From a virus, in IMG/VR virus record IMGVR_UViG_3300010401_000003, positions 1-64,000 of that record: a stretch of 64,000 bases of DNA; one strand, written 5' to 3'. The notes beneath the pieces were generated by a model. The model was given only the letters and a program-made list of their open reading frames with translations. It ran no database searches and was not told the DNA's origin. Both the position numbers and the translations under genes were made by a program. Positions 20,785-30,512 of this stretch are shown piece after piece; position 1 is the stretch's first letter, and each line of letters begins with the position of its first letter.

Positions 20785-21411
20785 TTAGCCCTGGGAACTT
20801 TGCACGATCGCGCCGACCGCTAACCCTCCGACTACGGCTCCGACCGGACCGGCCACGAGCGCGCCGACTGCGGCTCCCGCGGCGGCTCCGATGAGCGTCG
20901 CCGTGCTGAGACCACCCTTGCTCGAGGCGACCGGAGTAATCGCTCCGCCGCCCGCCCCCGAACCAAGCCGGGGCTTCAAGACTGCCCATGCGGAGTTTTG
21001 CTGAGCGAGCGTTTGCGCCGCTGCGCGACTTCCGACGACGAGCAAGTGGTAGAGCTCGCCGGGCTGGCCCTGCATCAACTTCAACGTGTCGTTGATGTCT
21101 GCGAGCGTGATCTGATCGGCCGGCAACTCTTGGAGCTGTTGCGCGGCGGTTGGCAAGCCCTCGAGCTGGATGCCTTGCTGGTTCAGGGCTTGCGGAGTGA
21201 CGGCGATGTAGCCGGTGGCTCCCGCGACGCCCGTGTTCTGGGGATCGAGAACCACATAGCGGTTTTGCAAAAACAACATGACGTTGTTTGCAGCGTCCGC
21301 GCCGAGCTCCTGGACACCATCACTCGCGATCGATCCGATCGATGGCGCGGGCGCGTCTTGCGACAAGCGGCCTTGGCCGCGGGGTGCGGCCAGATTCTGA
21401 TACAAGTGCAT
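20785..21411 (-). CDS. C-terminally anchored membrane protein (glycine-zipper TM)
   Basis: LIGAAAGAAVGALVAGPVGAVVGGLAVGAIV. Confidence 0.65.
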   Translation of the reverse strand: MHLYQNLAAPRGQGRLSQDAPAPSIGSIASDGVQELGADAANNVMLFLQNRYVVLDPQNTGVAGATGYIAVTPQALNQQGIQLEGLPTAAQQLQELPADQITLADINDTLKLMQGQPGELYHLLVVGSRAAAQTLAQQNSAWAVLKPRLGSGAGGGAITPVASSKGGLSTATLIGAAAGAAVGALVAGPVGAVVGGLAVGAIVQSSQG

Positions 21412-21423
21412 GGTTTGGTCCTC

Positions 21424-21837
21424 TTAGTTCGGGGGCGCGGGAGTCGCGGTCTCTGGCTTCGGACTTTCGATCGGATCGTCGTTTTGGACGATGACGATCG
21501 AAGACGAGGCACGCTTTTGATATTCGGTCGATTCGAGAAAAGCTCGAACCGCTGCGCGCATGAAGACGAGAGACACCACAACTCCCACGGTCGACACCAA
21601 ACCGAGCGCGTAAACCGAGTGGACGACTGAAATCGCCGATACGAACGCGAGCACGAGCAGGAAGAGCCCAATCACCGCGCCGGCCGTGAACGCGATCGCA
21701 AGCTCGGTGCGTCGCTTCAATTGGCCGTGGCTGAAAGCAGCTCGGAGGCTTTGCCCCTGCTCATCACGAATCGACTGAAGCCAATTATCCGCTTGATCAC
21801 CGGGGGCTGTTTTGGCTTGCAGACTGGCGCTTTTCAT
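21424..21837 (-). CDS. Two-TM membrane protein
   Basis: Two long hydrophobic segments. Confidence 0.6.
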   Translation of the reverse strand: MKSASLQAKTAPGDQADNWLQSIRDEQGQSLRAAFSHGQLKRRTELAIAFTAGAVIGLFLLVLAFVSAISVVHSVYALGLVSTVGVVVSLVFMRAAVRAFLESTEYQKRASSSIVIVQNDDPIESPKPETATPAPPN

Positions 21838-21868
21838 CGTCGTTCTCAGAGCTTATGATGCGAGCACC

Positions 21869-22864
21869 ATGTCGGGCAAGCCGCGCGCACTCATCACGGG
21901 GATCACTGGGCAAGACGGATTTTACCTCACCCGCCTTTTGCTCGAAAAAGGCTACGAGGTTCATGGGGTTGTGAGACGGGGGCAAAACCCGGATTTGCCC
22001 GTGGGCGTGGGCGTCCATCTTGGGGATCTCACGGACCCGGCTACCATTTACCAGGCGATCACCGACTCGGACCCGAGCGAGATTTACAACCTCGGTGCCC
22101 AAAGTCACGTCGGCGCGAGCTTCAAAGAAGCGTCGTACACGTTTCGCGCGACGGCCGAGCCGATCCTCACGATCCTCGAATGCCTCCGCGCGAACGGCGG
22201 CGCCGCGCGCGGCGTCCGCGTCTATCAAGCGAGCTCGAGTGAGATGTTCGGGGATGCGCCGGCGCCGCAAAACGAAAACTCGCCCTTCCGTCCGCAAAGT
22301 CCGTATGCGGTCGCGAAGGTCGCCGCGCATCACACCGTCAGTCTCTATCGCAAGGCGTACGGCCTGTTTGTGGTGGGCGGGATCTTGTTCAATCACGAGG
22401 GGCCGCGGCGGCCCCCGAGTTTCGTCACGCGCAAGATCACGCGCGGGGTCGCGCGGATTTTCTCGGGTAACGACGACTCTCTCACGCTCGGCAATCTCGA
22501 TGCTTGTCGGGACTGGGGCTTTGCGGGCGACTACGTCAAGGCCATGTGGCTCATGCTCCAGCAGGACACGCCGAAGGACTACATCGTGGCCACGGGCAAT
22601 ACGCATTCGGTGCGCGACTTCGTGATCGCCGCCTTCGATCACGCCAACCGACTCACGGGTAGAAATCTCCAGTGGGAGATGTTCGTGAAGACGAGCGCCG
22701 ACCTCCAACGCCCCTCGGAGGTGCCGCATTTGCTCGGCAACGCCAGCCGCACATGCCAAGAGCTCGGTTGGGCGCCCGAGGTCAACTTCGACGGCTTGGT
22801 CCGGATGATGGTCGAGGCGGATCTCGAAGACCACGGCGTCGCGTTGATCCGCGCGACCGGTTGA
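21869..22864 (+). CDS. gmd: GDP-mannose 4,6-dehydratase
   Basis: ALITGITGQDG, YNLGAQSHV, YQASSSEMFG, PQSPYAVAK, FNHEGPRR..FVTRKIT, LGNLDACRDWGFAGDYV. Confidence 0.97.
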   Translation: MSGKPRALITGITGQDGFYLTRLLLEKGYEVHGVVRRGQNPDLPVGVGVHLGDLTDPATIYQAITDSDPSEIYNLGAQSHVGASFKEASYTFRATAEPILTILECLRANGGAARGVRVYQASSSEMFGDAPAPQNENSPFRPQSPYAVAKVAAHHTVSLYRKAYGLFVVGGILFNHEGPRRPPSFVTRKITRGVARIFSGNDDSLTLGNLDACRDWGFAGDYVKAMWLMLQQDTPKDYIVATGNTHSVRDFVIAAFDHANRLTGRNLQWEMFVKTSADLQRPSEVPHLLGNASRTCQELGWAPEVNFDGLVRMMVEADLEDHGVALIRATG

Positions 22865-22895
22865 CATCTTGTTGCAAGATGTTACATCTTGCTAC
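22861..22895 (+). promoter_or_regulatory. Putative sigma70 promoter overlapped by a triple operator ACATCTTG / CAAGATGT / ACATCTTG
   Basis: TTGACA at 22861; acatcttg (22864-71), caagatgt (22875-82), acatcttg (22884-91), immediately before ATG 22896. Confidence 0.65.
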
Positions 22896-23567
22896 ATGGT
22901 GAAACTCTCGCATTCGTGGACCCATCAAGACATTCAACGCGTCTCGGCGGAAAGTTTGGTCGATACGCGTACGATCGAGCGGGCGCTGCGTGGCGATCCA
23001 GTTCGACCGGGAAGCCGCACGCGCATCGTTGCCGCGGCGCGCGTCCTTCGTCTCAAGCTTCCGGCCGTGCTTTTGGCCGCTCTCTTGGCGTTCGGGTGCT
23101 CGCTCGACTCCGAGAGCTCGCGGCTTTTCGGGAGCGGCGGGGCGGCGGGCGCGGCGGTCGATAGCGCGGCCGGCGGCGTGGCGGGCAGCGTGTCGCTCGG
23201 GGGCGGCGCGGGCCCGGGCGGGAGCAATACGGGAGGCGTCAGTGGCAGTCCGCCCGTGGATTCCGGGACAACGACGTGCAGCGACGGAGAAAAGCGACCG
23301 TGCGCATGCATCGGGATTGAGGGCTCGGAGCGTTGCACCGGCGGCACTTGGGAAGTCTGCAAGGAAGTGCTCGGCGGGCTCTGTTGCAGTCAGCCCGGGG
23401 AATGGCTCGGCTGCTGGGGAAGCGGGTGTTTGGTCTGCCAACAGGATATCGCAGCGTTCCCCCATTACATGGAGCACCACCCTGCTTGCGTGATCACCGA
23501 TTGCGCGCCATCGGCGCGCGGCGCGTGTAACTCGGCTTGCCCCATGCCGACGGCGGCCGACCAGTGA
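22896..23567 (+). CDS. HTH (LacI-like) fused to a lipoprotein signal and Cys-rich domain
   Basis: QDIQRVSAESLVDTRTIERALRG..VRPGSRTRIVAAA; LPAVLLAALLAFGC lipobox; Gly linker; many Cys. Confidence 0.6.
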   Translation: MVKLSHSWTHQDIQRVSAESLVDTRTIERALRGDPVRPGSRTRIVAAARVLRLKLPAVLLAALLAFGCSLDSESSRLFGSGGAAGAAVDSAAGGVAGSVSLGGGAGPGGSNTGGVSGSPPVDSGTTTCSDGEKRPCACIGIEGSERCTGGTWEVCKEVLGGLCCSQPGEWLGCWGSGCLVCQQDIAAFPHYMEHHPACVITDCAPSARGACNSACPMPTAADQ

Positions 23568-24433
23568 TCTCGTCGATTCGCGTCACCCGCGATTATCCGG
23601 TCTCGATTGCGGACAACGACGAATGGGCGCTCGGCGCGTGCCGCGGCGATGCGGATAACGTCAATTGGGACATGCTCTTTTCCCAAATCTCGCGCGATTG
23701 TTTGGTGGTCGACGTTGGCGCGCATCTTGGCACGTTCGCGGTGCGGGCGGCGGCGCTCGGCGCCTTCGTCATCGCGCTCGAAGCTGGGAGCTCGAACGTG
23801 GAGCACCTTCGCAGAACTGCGCGACTCAATCCGGATCTTCGGATCGAGGTCGTCCACGGCGCGGCCTGGTCGAAGCCCGGACGAGTTCGGTTTCGCGAAG
23901 ATCGCGCGTACGGAATGATCTGTGCGGAGGGCGGCGCAGAGATTGATGCCGTCACAGTCGACGATGTCGTGGATCTCTATCCGCGCTCGATGCGCAACCC
24001 CGACGTTTTCGTCAAAATCGATGTCGAGGGCTCGGAGCCGCAGGTGCTCCGCGGAATGCAGCACCTCCTTGCCTTCGATCCGGTGGTTTTTTACGAAAGC
24101 AATTCGCATACGCTCGCGCTCCAAGGCTCGGACATTCTTGAGCCCCGGCGGATTCTCGCGGAGAGTGGCTACGTCAGCTTTTTGATCCACGAGGGCGTGC
24201 TCTATCGCCTCGGTCCGGAAGACTCACAGCCGACGGTCTATACCGACGTGATTGCGCTCCGGCGGGAGCGGGCTATATCACCCGCGTCCGGAATGCCGCT
24301 TGCGCTCTTTCAATCGGCAATGCTTGCCGGGATGGCGCGTCTGCCCATTGAAGGCAAAGCGCACGTCCGGCGGGAGCTTCTCCGCCGTCCGGATCTCGCT
24401 AGCCCCGAGCTTCTCCATTTGATCGGCGAATGA
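23564..24433 (+). CDS. FkbM-family methyltransferase
   Basis: VVDVGAHLG and FVKIDVEGSEPQVLRG. Confidence 0.92.
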   Translation: MISSIRVTRDYPVSIADNDEWALGACRGDADNVNWDMLFSQISRDCLVVDVGAHLGTFAVRAAALGAFVIALEAGSSNVEHLRRTARLNPDLRIEVVHGAAWSKPGRVRFREDRAYGMICAEGGAEIDAVTVDDVVDLYPRSMRNPDVFVKIDVEGSEPQVLRGMQHLLAFDPVVFYESNSHTLALQGSDILEPRRILAESGYVSFLIHEGVLYRLGPEDSQPTVYTDVIALRRERAISPASGMPLALFQSAMLAGMARLPIEGKAHVRRELLRRPDLASPELLHLIGE

Positions 24434-25673
24434 CTCGAAACTCGGGCAGCGGCACAATGAACGCCCCACCGGCATCGAGGTAGGCCGCTTCGCGCTCGAG
24501 AAACTCGTCTAGGAAGTGCCACGGCAACACCAAGAAGTAGTCCGGCTTTTTCGCCCGCGCCTCTTCCTCGGAGATGATTGGGATTAACGAGCCGACGGTT
24601 TTCTTTCCCCACTTGTCCGGGTTCCGCTCGGCGGCGGCCGCGATCATCGGGTGCTTCAAGCCGACATATTGGAGAAGCGTGTTGCCCTTGGTCGAGGCTC
24701 CGTAGACGTAAATGGTTTTTCCGCTCGAGCATTCCTTGGTGATGAAACTCGCTAGCTCGGTGGTTTCAGAAATCACGCGCTCGGCGAAGGACGTGTAGGC
24801 GTCGAGGCTGTCGAGGCCCATCCGGAGCTCGTCTTCGCGCATGCGGAGCACCGATGGGGAGGGAGAGCGGCCGAGCGCGGCCTTTCGCACGAACACGCGG
24901 ATGCTGCCGCCGTTGACATCATTGTGCTCCACGAATTCGACCGCAAACCCGTGCGCTCCCAAGAGGCGCTCGAGCGAAAGCAGCGAGTAATATTCCAGGT
25001 GCTCGTGACAGATGTTGTCCCACATCGTTCGGTCGAGCATCGATTTCAAGTCGGCCATTTGGATGATCCAAACGCCATCGGGCGCGAGCACGCTCGCAAC
25101 ATCGCGCACGAAAGCGTTTGGGTCGTCGAGGTCGTAGAACATCGCGATAGACGTCACGATGTCGGCGGGCGAGCTCATTTTTTCGTGGTAGGCCGCTGCG
25201 TTGAAAAAGTCGTTGATGATGAGGTTGTTTCCCTCGCTCGCGGCGGCGATCAGATTCTTCGCGGGCTCAAATCCGACGCGGGTGACGAAGTCGTCCGGGC
25301 GTCCGAGAGCGCCGCAGTAGGCGCGCAGCAACGTCCCGTCATTGGCGCCGATGTCGAGCGCGACCAACTTTTCGGGCAACCGATCGCGCTCTTCGGCGAT
25401 CCAAGTGACCGCCAAGGCGGCGATGTCCTCGAGCTCTTTCGTCATGGATCGGTTGGTGCTCGAGCGATACCAGTAATGCCGATACATTTCCTCGGGCGGC
25501 ACGGTGTGACGGAGTTGCACCAAGGTGCAGCCGCGGCAAAGCACCAAGTCGAGCGGGTAGGACGGCACGACGGTGTCGTCATCGACGAAGGCCGACAAGT
25601 AGAGCTCGCCGAGGCCCAGGACTTCGAGCAGATCGGCGGAGTGACAAGCCCGGCAGACTTCGATGGTGCGCAT
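24399..25673 (-). CDS. NDP-sugar C-methyltransferase (class I SAM, zinc-binding N-domain)
   Basis: CRAC..LVLCRGCTLVQL, Y-x-Y-R-S, LDIGANDGTLL, WDNICHEHLEYYS, YGASTKGNTLL, PDYFLVLPWHF. Confidence 0.92.
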   Translation of the reverse strand: MRTIEVCRACHSADLLEVLGLGELYLSAFVDDDTVVPSYPLDLVLCRGCTLVQLRHTVPPEEMYRHYWYRSSTNRSMTKELEDIAALAVTWIAEERDRLPEKLVALDIGANDGTLLRAYCGALGRPDDFVTRVGFEPAKNLIAAASEGNNLIINDFFNAAAYHEKMSSPADIVTSIAMFYDLDDPNAFVRDVASVLAPDGVWIIQMADLKSMLDRTMWDNICHEHLEYYSLLSLERLLGAHGFAVEFVEHNDVNGGSIRVFVRKAALGRSPSPSVLRMREDELRMGLDSLDAYTSFAERVISETTELASFITKECSSGKTIYVYGASTKGNTLLQYVGLKHPMIAAAAERNPDKWGKKTVGSLIPIISEEEARAKKPDYFLVLPWHFLDEFLEREAAYLDAGGAFIVPLPEFRVIRRSNGEARG

Positions 25674-25713
25674 CTCGACCCCGAGTGTCGTTCGAGAGGC
25701 CCGGTCCGGTCAA

Positions 25714-26214
25714 CTAACCGCGGGCAACGAGCGCGAGATTCGTGTCTTCTTCGGTGATCGATTCAACGACCATCCCGAGCCCGGCCATGAGATCGAGGAG
25801 GCGCGCATGGTCGAAGCCCGCATAGTGCGCGTTCAGGCGCCAGTTTTCTCTGCCGACCACGGCTTCGTGGCCGCCGTAGATCCAAAGGCTTGCCTCGCGC
25901 GCGTCGAATGTCCCATCGAGATAACGCTGACAGAGCACGCGCAAGTTCGGGACGCGGAGGGTCAGGCTCCCGCCGGGCTCCAAGACGCGTTTCCATTCGA
26001 CCAGAACGGTCTCCGTGTGCATCCAGGACGTGTGCTCGAGAATGTCACCCGCCAGGATCTCGGAGAACGCGCCGTCCGGCCACGGCAGCGGGCCGAAGAC
26101 ATCGACCGTCTCGTCGCACGGCATGCCTTCGGCGATGTCGACGTTCCAGAAGTCGTCTCGCCAATCGGGGCCGCAACCGAGGTTTAGCTTGTTGAAGTCT
26201 TCTCGTTGTCGCAT
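25714..26214 (-). CDS. Class I SAM-dependent methyltransferase
   Basis: LNLGCG, LPWPDGAF, ILEH, RVLEPGGSLTLRVP. Confidence 0.88.
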   Translation of the reverse strand: MRQREDFNKLNLGCGPDWRDDFWNVDIAEGMPCDETVDVFGPLPWPDGAFSEILAGDILEHTSWMHTETVLVEWKRVLEPGGSLTLRVPNLRVLCQRYLDGTFDAREASLWIYGGHEAVVGRENWRLNAHYAGFDHARLLDLMAGLGMVVESITEEDTNLALVARG

Positions 26215-29200
26215 CTATTCGATTCCCATCGCGCGGAGCATGTTCGGGAAAGAGTGGCGGGCGGCGTACGCGGACTGGCGCTCGAGCGCAGCTCTGCGCT
26301 TGTCGTCGTCTTCCAAGAGATCTCTCACGACCGCGTCCACTTCTTCTTTGTTTTCGTAGACGACGACCGCGCCGACGTGGCCGTGCAGGTCGAAGTAGGA
26401 TTTGCTCCGGTCGACGACGAGCGGGATCTTAGCGGCCATGCAAAAACGCGCCGAGGCTGACGAATAGGCGCGACTCGTTGCGACGCGCGCCAGCAAGGCG
26501 ACGCGGTGGCGCGCGAGCTCGGAAGCGCACTCGGCTTCGTTCATGAAGGCTCGTCGGGGGCGAAAGCGGCGCCAGCCGCGGGTTTCGTACCATGACGAGA
26601 TTTGGTCGAGCCGCGGTCCGTAGCCGTAGATCGGGACGCCGAGGCGCTCGGCGACGCCGACCAAGAGATCGATGCGACGACTCGGATCGGCGAAGCCCAT
26701 GAAGGCCAGGCCGCCGAGTGGCTCACGGAAGGGCATTTCGAAGGACGGTACCGGGAGCGGGCAGTAGATGCCGCCGGCCCATTCGAGCGCTTCGGGATGA
26801 TGGAAGACCAACAGATCGGAGTGGTCGCGGTAGGCATGCATGTTGTGCAGCCACTCGAGCGAGGTTTCCGCGTGGTGATAGTTCACGAATATTTTCGCGC
26901 CGCGGGTCCGAAGGATTTCTAGATTTTTGATGTCGCCCGGTCCGAGCGCCTCGCCTGTTGGCTGGCAGCCCCATTGCACTTGCAAGATCACCGATTTCAC
27001 CGGGCGCTCGTCGGACACTTGTCGAGCTACGTCGATCGAGCGCACCCACGACGCGCGCTGGTGGGCGTCCCGCAAAAACATCGCATGGCTCGCGACCCCG
27101 TGGGGGACGGAATTCGGCCGGTAGACGATCAGGAGCTCGGACTTTTCTCGGGCGATGACCTCGGCGGCTTCGAGTGGGCGCTCGGCGTCGAGCAATTCAC
27201 GCAAGGTGAAAGTTCGGGCGAGCTCGGCGACGTAATCGGAGGGAGCCTCACCGGTCCATTTTTCGTGAAGTGTGGCCGCGGCAAGCTTGGGGAGAGCGGT
27301 GTTTGCGTGGCCGCGGATTTCTACCGCGTGGACCTCGTGCGGGTGATGCACCTCGGCAGCCGGATCGGCGTAGATGGCAAATCCCGCGCGCCGCATGTTC
27401 TTGGAGAAGCCGACGACGTCGTCGGTCTCGCTGAATCTCACGCCGCCGTAAATCGGAGCCGCGCGACAGAAGAGAACGCTGCCCACGGACTCGAGCTCGA
27501 TGGGCGATTGCGCGAACCTCGCGACCTCATCGCGCGTTGGCCCTTTGCCAAAGAGCGGATCGATATGGCCGGCGCTCCGGCGGAAGGCCCAGGAGTCGTA
27601 AAACTGATTTCCACGCCAAACCATCGGCGCCACAAGGCCCGCGCGGGGACGCTCGTCGAGTGTTCGTTGGAGCCGCTTCGCCAGATCGGGCGCGTACATC
27701 AAATCGGAGGTCAGGAAGAGCACGTATTCCACTTCGAGATGCTCGGTGATGAAGTCGAGGCCGACGTTGGACACGTGCGCGAGCGTCTTTAGGCGGACCG
27801 GGTTTAGCGTGGAGCCGAAGAGCGGGTTACCGAGCGAGACGTGCAGCACGGACACTCGATCGTTCTCCCTGGCCCACGCATCCAACAAATCCGGAGTCTC
27901 GTCGGTGCTGTCGCCCTCGACGCACACCACGAAAGGACGCTCGGCCCAGTCGAGCGATTCGATCTGCGCGCGATAACGACGCACGACCTCGGGGCATTGA
28001 CGGAAGAGCGAGACAATCGCGAGCCGGTTTTTCTTCACGTCGCGCGGCGGCGGGCGCGGCGCGACTCGAGCGATCGTCGGCGATACCAAATCTTCGAGGA
28101 GCGTGCGCATGAGCGCACCGACGTCGGCCGAGGTGAAGCCTGCCCACGAACGCCGCTCTCTTTTCGGTAACGGGTGGGCAGCGGCCTCCTGCATCGCGGC
28201 GGCGGCACTGTCCAGATCGAAGTCCCACCACTTCGCATCAGGTTCCCAGCCGTAGACCGGATCGCACGGCAGCATCGCGCTCGCTTTCACGCGAATGTCG
28301 CCCTCGGCTGCAAACTCTTCGGGGCCGCCTGATTCGGAATAGATCATCCGGTTTCCCGACAAGAGCGCGTCGAACGCCGGCATGTCCCATCCCTCTCCGT
28401 GGGAGAGCGACAGATAAACGTCGCCGTCGCGGTGAAGCGCCAAGAGCTCAGCCTCCGACCACACCTCGACGGGCACCCGCACCCACTGTCGTATTGACTC
28501 AGTCGTCCAGCCGTTTGCGCGCACCTCCGGATCAGCCAGCAGCGTCCAAAGATCGGCGAGGCTCCCGGCAACGTGGGTCGTCTTCAGTGTGAGGCGCGCT
28601 TCGCCAGGACGGAACGCGCGCAAAAACGCATGCAGGCTTTTCTTTTGGTCCTTGCGCGTGTCGAGCACGCCGATTCGATAGAAGTGGATCGGACCCGGTG
28701 AGCGCTCGCGGCCCAGCAAGCCTAGATGCGGATCGTTCGGGAAGAAGGGGACATGGACTTTGTGCAAACGGAAGTCCTGCACCCCGGAATTGCGAAAGGC
28801 ATCGATGTTCTTTTGGTTCGGGAGCCACCATTGCTTGACGCGATTGGCCTGAGCGACGCTTTGAGGACCGATGCGATCGCGCTCGATCATCGTCGTTAGC
28901 GCGACGGGCAACGGACGCGAAACAAGGCGATTTATTTCGGCCGCTTGCTCAGCATCGCCGCGGGTCGGGAAGCCACCCACGAAGGCGCTGACTGGGAGCG
29001 CGCGCAGCATGTCCATCACTTCCGCCGCGGCCTCGGGGCGCGCGTGGCCGTAGAAAGGATCGAGCGTGAGATACACCGGGAGCCGCGTGTCGCTGAGAGC
29101 TCGCGCCAATCGTCGCCATGCCGCGCAGATGCCCACACCCCAAAGCGCCCACGGGGCGTGAAACTCCGCGGCGCTGAGAGCGCCGGTGGCAACGGGCGGG

Positions 29201-29334
29201 GGCGGCGGAGCCGGCGGAGGCGGATACTTCGCTGTTACGCGCACGGTCGGCTGCGCGCGATTTTTTCCAAAGCGTTGCTGCTGAAGCGCGCGGAGTTTTG
29301 ATTGCCACTGATTGCGCTGCGTTTTGCTGTACAT
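26215..29334 (-). CDS. Multidomain glycosyltransferase (GT4-like + GT-A-like + further GT-B-like region)
   Basis: RKDQ..FLRAF, SHGEGWDMPAFDA; IVSLFR..VEGDSTDET..FYDSWAFR..LESVGS; C-terminal SASARFCMAAKIPLVV. Confidence 0.85.
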   Translation of the reverse strand: MYSKTQRNQWQSKLRALQQQRFGKNRAQPTVRVTAKYPPPPAPPPPPVATGALSAAEFHAPWALWGVGICAAWRRLARALSDTRLPVYLTLDPFYGHARPEAAAEVMDMLRALPVSAFVGGFPTRGDAEQAAEINRLVSRPLPVALTTMIERDRIGPQSVAQANRVKQWWLPNQKNIDAFRNSGVQDFRLHKVHVPFFPNDPHLGLLGRERSPGPIHFYRIGVLDTRKDQKKSLHAFLRAFRPGEARLTLKTTHVAGSLADLWTLLADPEVRANGWTTESIRQWVRVPVEVWSEAELLALHRDGDVYLSLSHGEGWDMPAFDALLSGNRMIYSESGGPEEFAAEGDIRVKASAMLPCDPVYGWEPDAKWWDFDLDSAAAAMQEAAAHPLPKRERRSWAGFTSADVGALMRTLLEDLVSPTIARVAPRPPPRDVKKNRLAIVSLFRQCPEVVRRYRAQIESLDWAERPFVVCVEGDSTDETPDLLDAWARENDRVSVLHVSLGNPLFGSTLNPVRLKTLAHVSNVGLDFITEHLEVEYVLFLTSDLMYAPDLAKRLQRTLDERPRAGLVAPMVWRGNQFYDSWAFRRSAGHIDPLFGKGPTRDEVARFAQSPIELESVGSVLFCRAAPIYGGVRFSETDDVVGFSKNMRRAGFAIYADPAAEVHHPHEVHAVEIRGHANTALPKLAAATLHEKWTGEAPSDYVAELARTFTLRELLDAERPLEAAEVIAREKSELLIVYRPNSVPHGVASHAMFLRDAHQRASWVRSIDVARQVSDERPVKSVILQVQWGCQPTGEALGPGDIKNLEILRTRGAKIFVNYHHAETSLEWLHNMHAYRDHSDLLVFHHPEALEWAGGIYCPLPVPSFEMPFREPLGGLAFMGFADPSRRIDLLVGVAERLGVPIYGYGPRLDQISSWYETRGWRRFRPRRAFMNEAECASELARHRVALLARVATSRAYSSASARFCMAAKIPLVVDRSKSYFDLHGHVGAVVVYENKEEVDAVVRDLLEDDDKRRAALERQSAYAARHSFPNMLRAMGIE

Positions 29335-30512
29335 CAGAGTGTTTTCATCCACGTAACTATTTCGTTGCCGATGTGCTGAGCTCGGAAGCGATCGCGCGGC
29401 CAGTCGAGAACTTGCACGGGGGGCTCACTACGAACGCGAGCCATGGCCTCGACGAGTTTTTCTAATTCATAGTCGGCGTAGGTCGACGAGTGCTCCCAGC
29501 CGTGCGCCGTGTAATCGGGATGCACCGGCACCTTTCCCGTCGAGGGAATGAGAATGTCCTCGGATCCCAAGAAGTCGCGTGGGCCGCCGGAGTCGGTGGT
29601 GATGACGCGCCGCTTGGCGAGCTTGGCCGCGTAGGCGGGCATATCGAATCCCTCGCCACGCGAAGCGGAAACGTAAACGTCGCCCGGGGCGTGGATCAGT
29701 CGAATCAGATCGGGTCCGGACAGGGTGCGGCTCTCGATGCGGATCGATTCCGACCAGTTTTCTTTCGTCCAGCCGTTCGTGCCGAAGCTCTCTGCCGCGA
29801 CCGTTTCGGGCGTGGGCATGCTCCGGTGCACGTATTGACGCTTGATCGTGAGCGTCGCGTCACCAGGACGAAACGCGCGCATGAAGGCTCGGATGAGATT
29901 GTCGGGCGCCTTGTGCGGACTCCAGGAACCGATCCAGTAGAATGCCTTCGCCTCCTGCGGCGGATCGAGGCGCAACAGCTCGTCCTCGTCAAAATGCGGT
30001 ACGCCGAAGTGGCGGACGTTTTTCAGACCGAGCGCCTCGAGCGCCTCACGATTCGCGCTACAGGGCACCCAAACACCGACCAAGCGCGCGAGCGATGATG
30101 CGATCGCCGGATCAAAGTCTTGGCGCTCGAACATTGTATGAAAAATGGTCTTCGGCTTGGTGGGCAGCGCTCGGATCGCGCGACCGAGCTTTTGCGCCGT
30201 TGCAAACGCGCCGGACCACACGCGGATATCGATATCCAAGGCGTTACACGGTTTGCCCAAGTGTCCGGCTTCCCTTGCCACTTCGTCAGACCGAGTCGGA
30301 ATGGGCGGAAGCCGCACGTCGGCGCCAACTAGAGCGAGCGCGCGCGCCCAAGCGCGAGCTGCGATGTCCCAGCCCACCTCGAGCCGACTCCAAGGAATAT
30401 CGAAGCGCACGTAGGGATCGCCCGCGCGGGGCGGGATCACGGGCTCTACGCCCGGGCGAAAGCGTTCCTCTTGGAGTTTTTTCAGGCGCTCAATCCACGT
30501 TATTTCAGGCAT
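29334..30512 (-). CDS. Glycosyltransferase, GT4-like
   Basis: HKAPDNLIRAF, DVYVSASRGEGFDMP, TDSGGPRDF. Confidence 0.88.
   Translation of the reverse strand: MPEITWIERLKKLQEERFRPGVEPVIPPRAGDPYVRFDIPWSRLEVGWDIAARAWARALALVGADVRLPPIPTRSDEVAREAGHLGKPCNALDIDIRVWSGAFATAQKLGRAIRALPTKPKTIFHTMFERQDFDPAIASSLARLVGVWVPCSANREALEALGLKNVRHFGVPHFDEDELLRLDPPQEAKAFYWIGSWSPHKAPDNLIRAFMRAFRPGDATLTIKRQYVHRSMPTPETVAAESFGTNGWTKENWSESIRIESRTLSGPDLIRLIHAPGDVYVSASRGEGFDMPAYAAKLAKRRVITTDSGGPRDFLGSEDILIPSTGKVPVHPDYTAHGWEHSSTYADYELEKLVEAMARVRSEPPVQVLDWPRDRFRAQHIGNEIVTWMKTL

Noticed and set aside
24680-24710. GASTKGNT as a Walker A motif of a packaging ATPase
   Set aside because: It is the conserved C-terminal motif of sugar C-methyltransferases, not GxxxxGK[ST]
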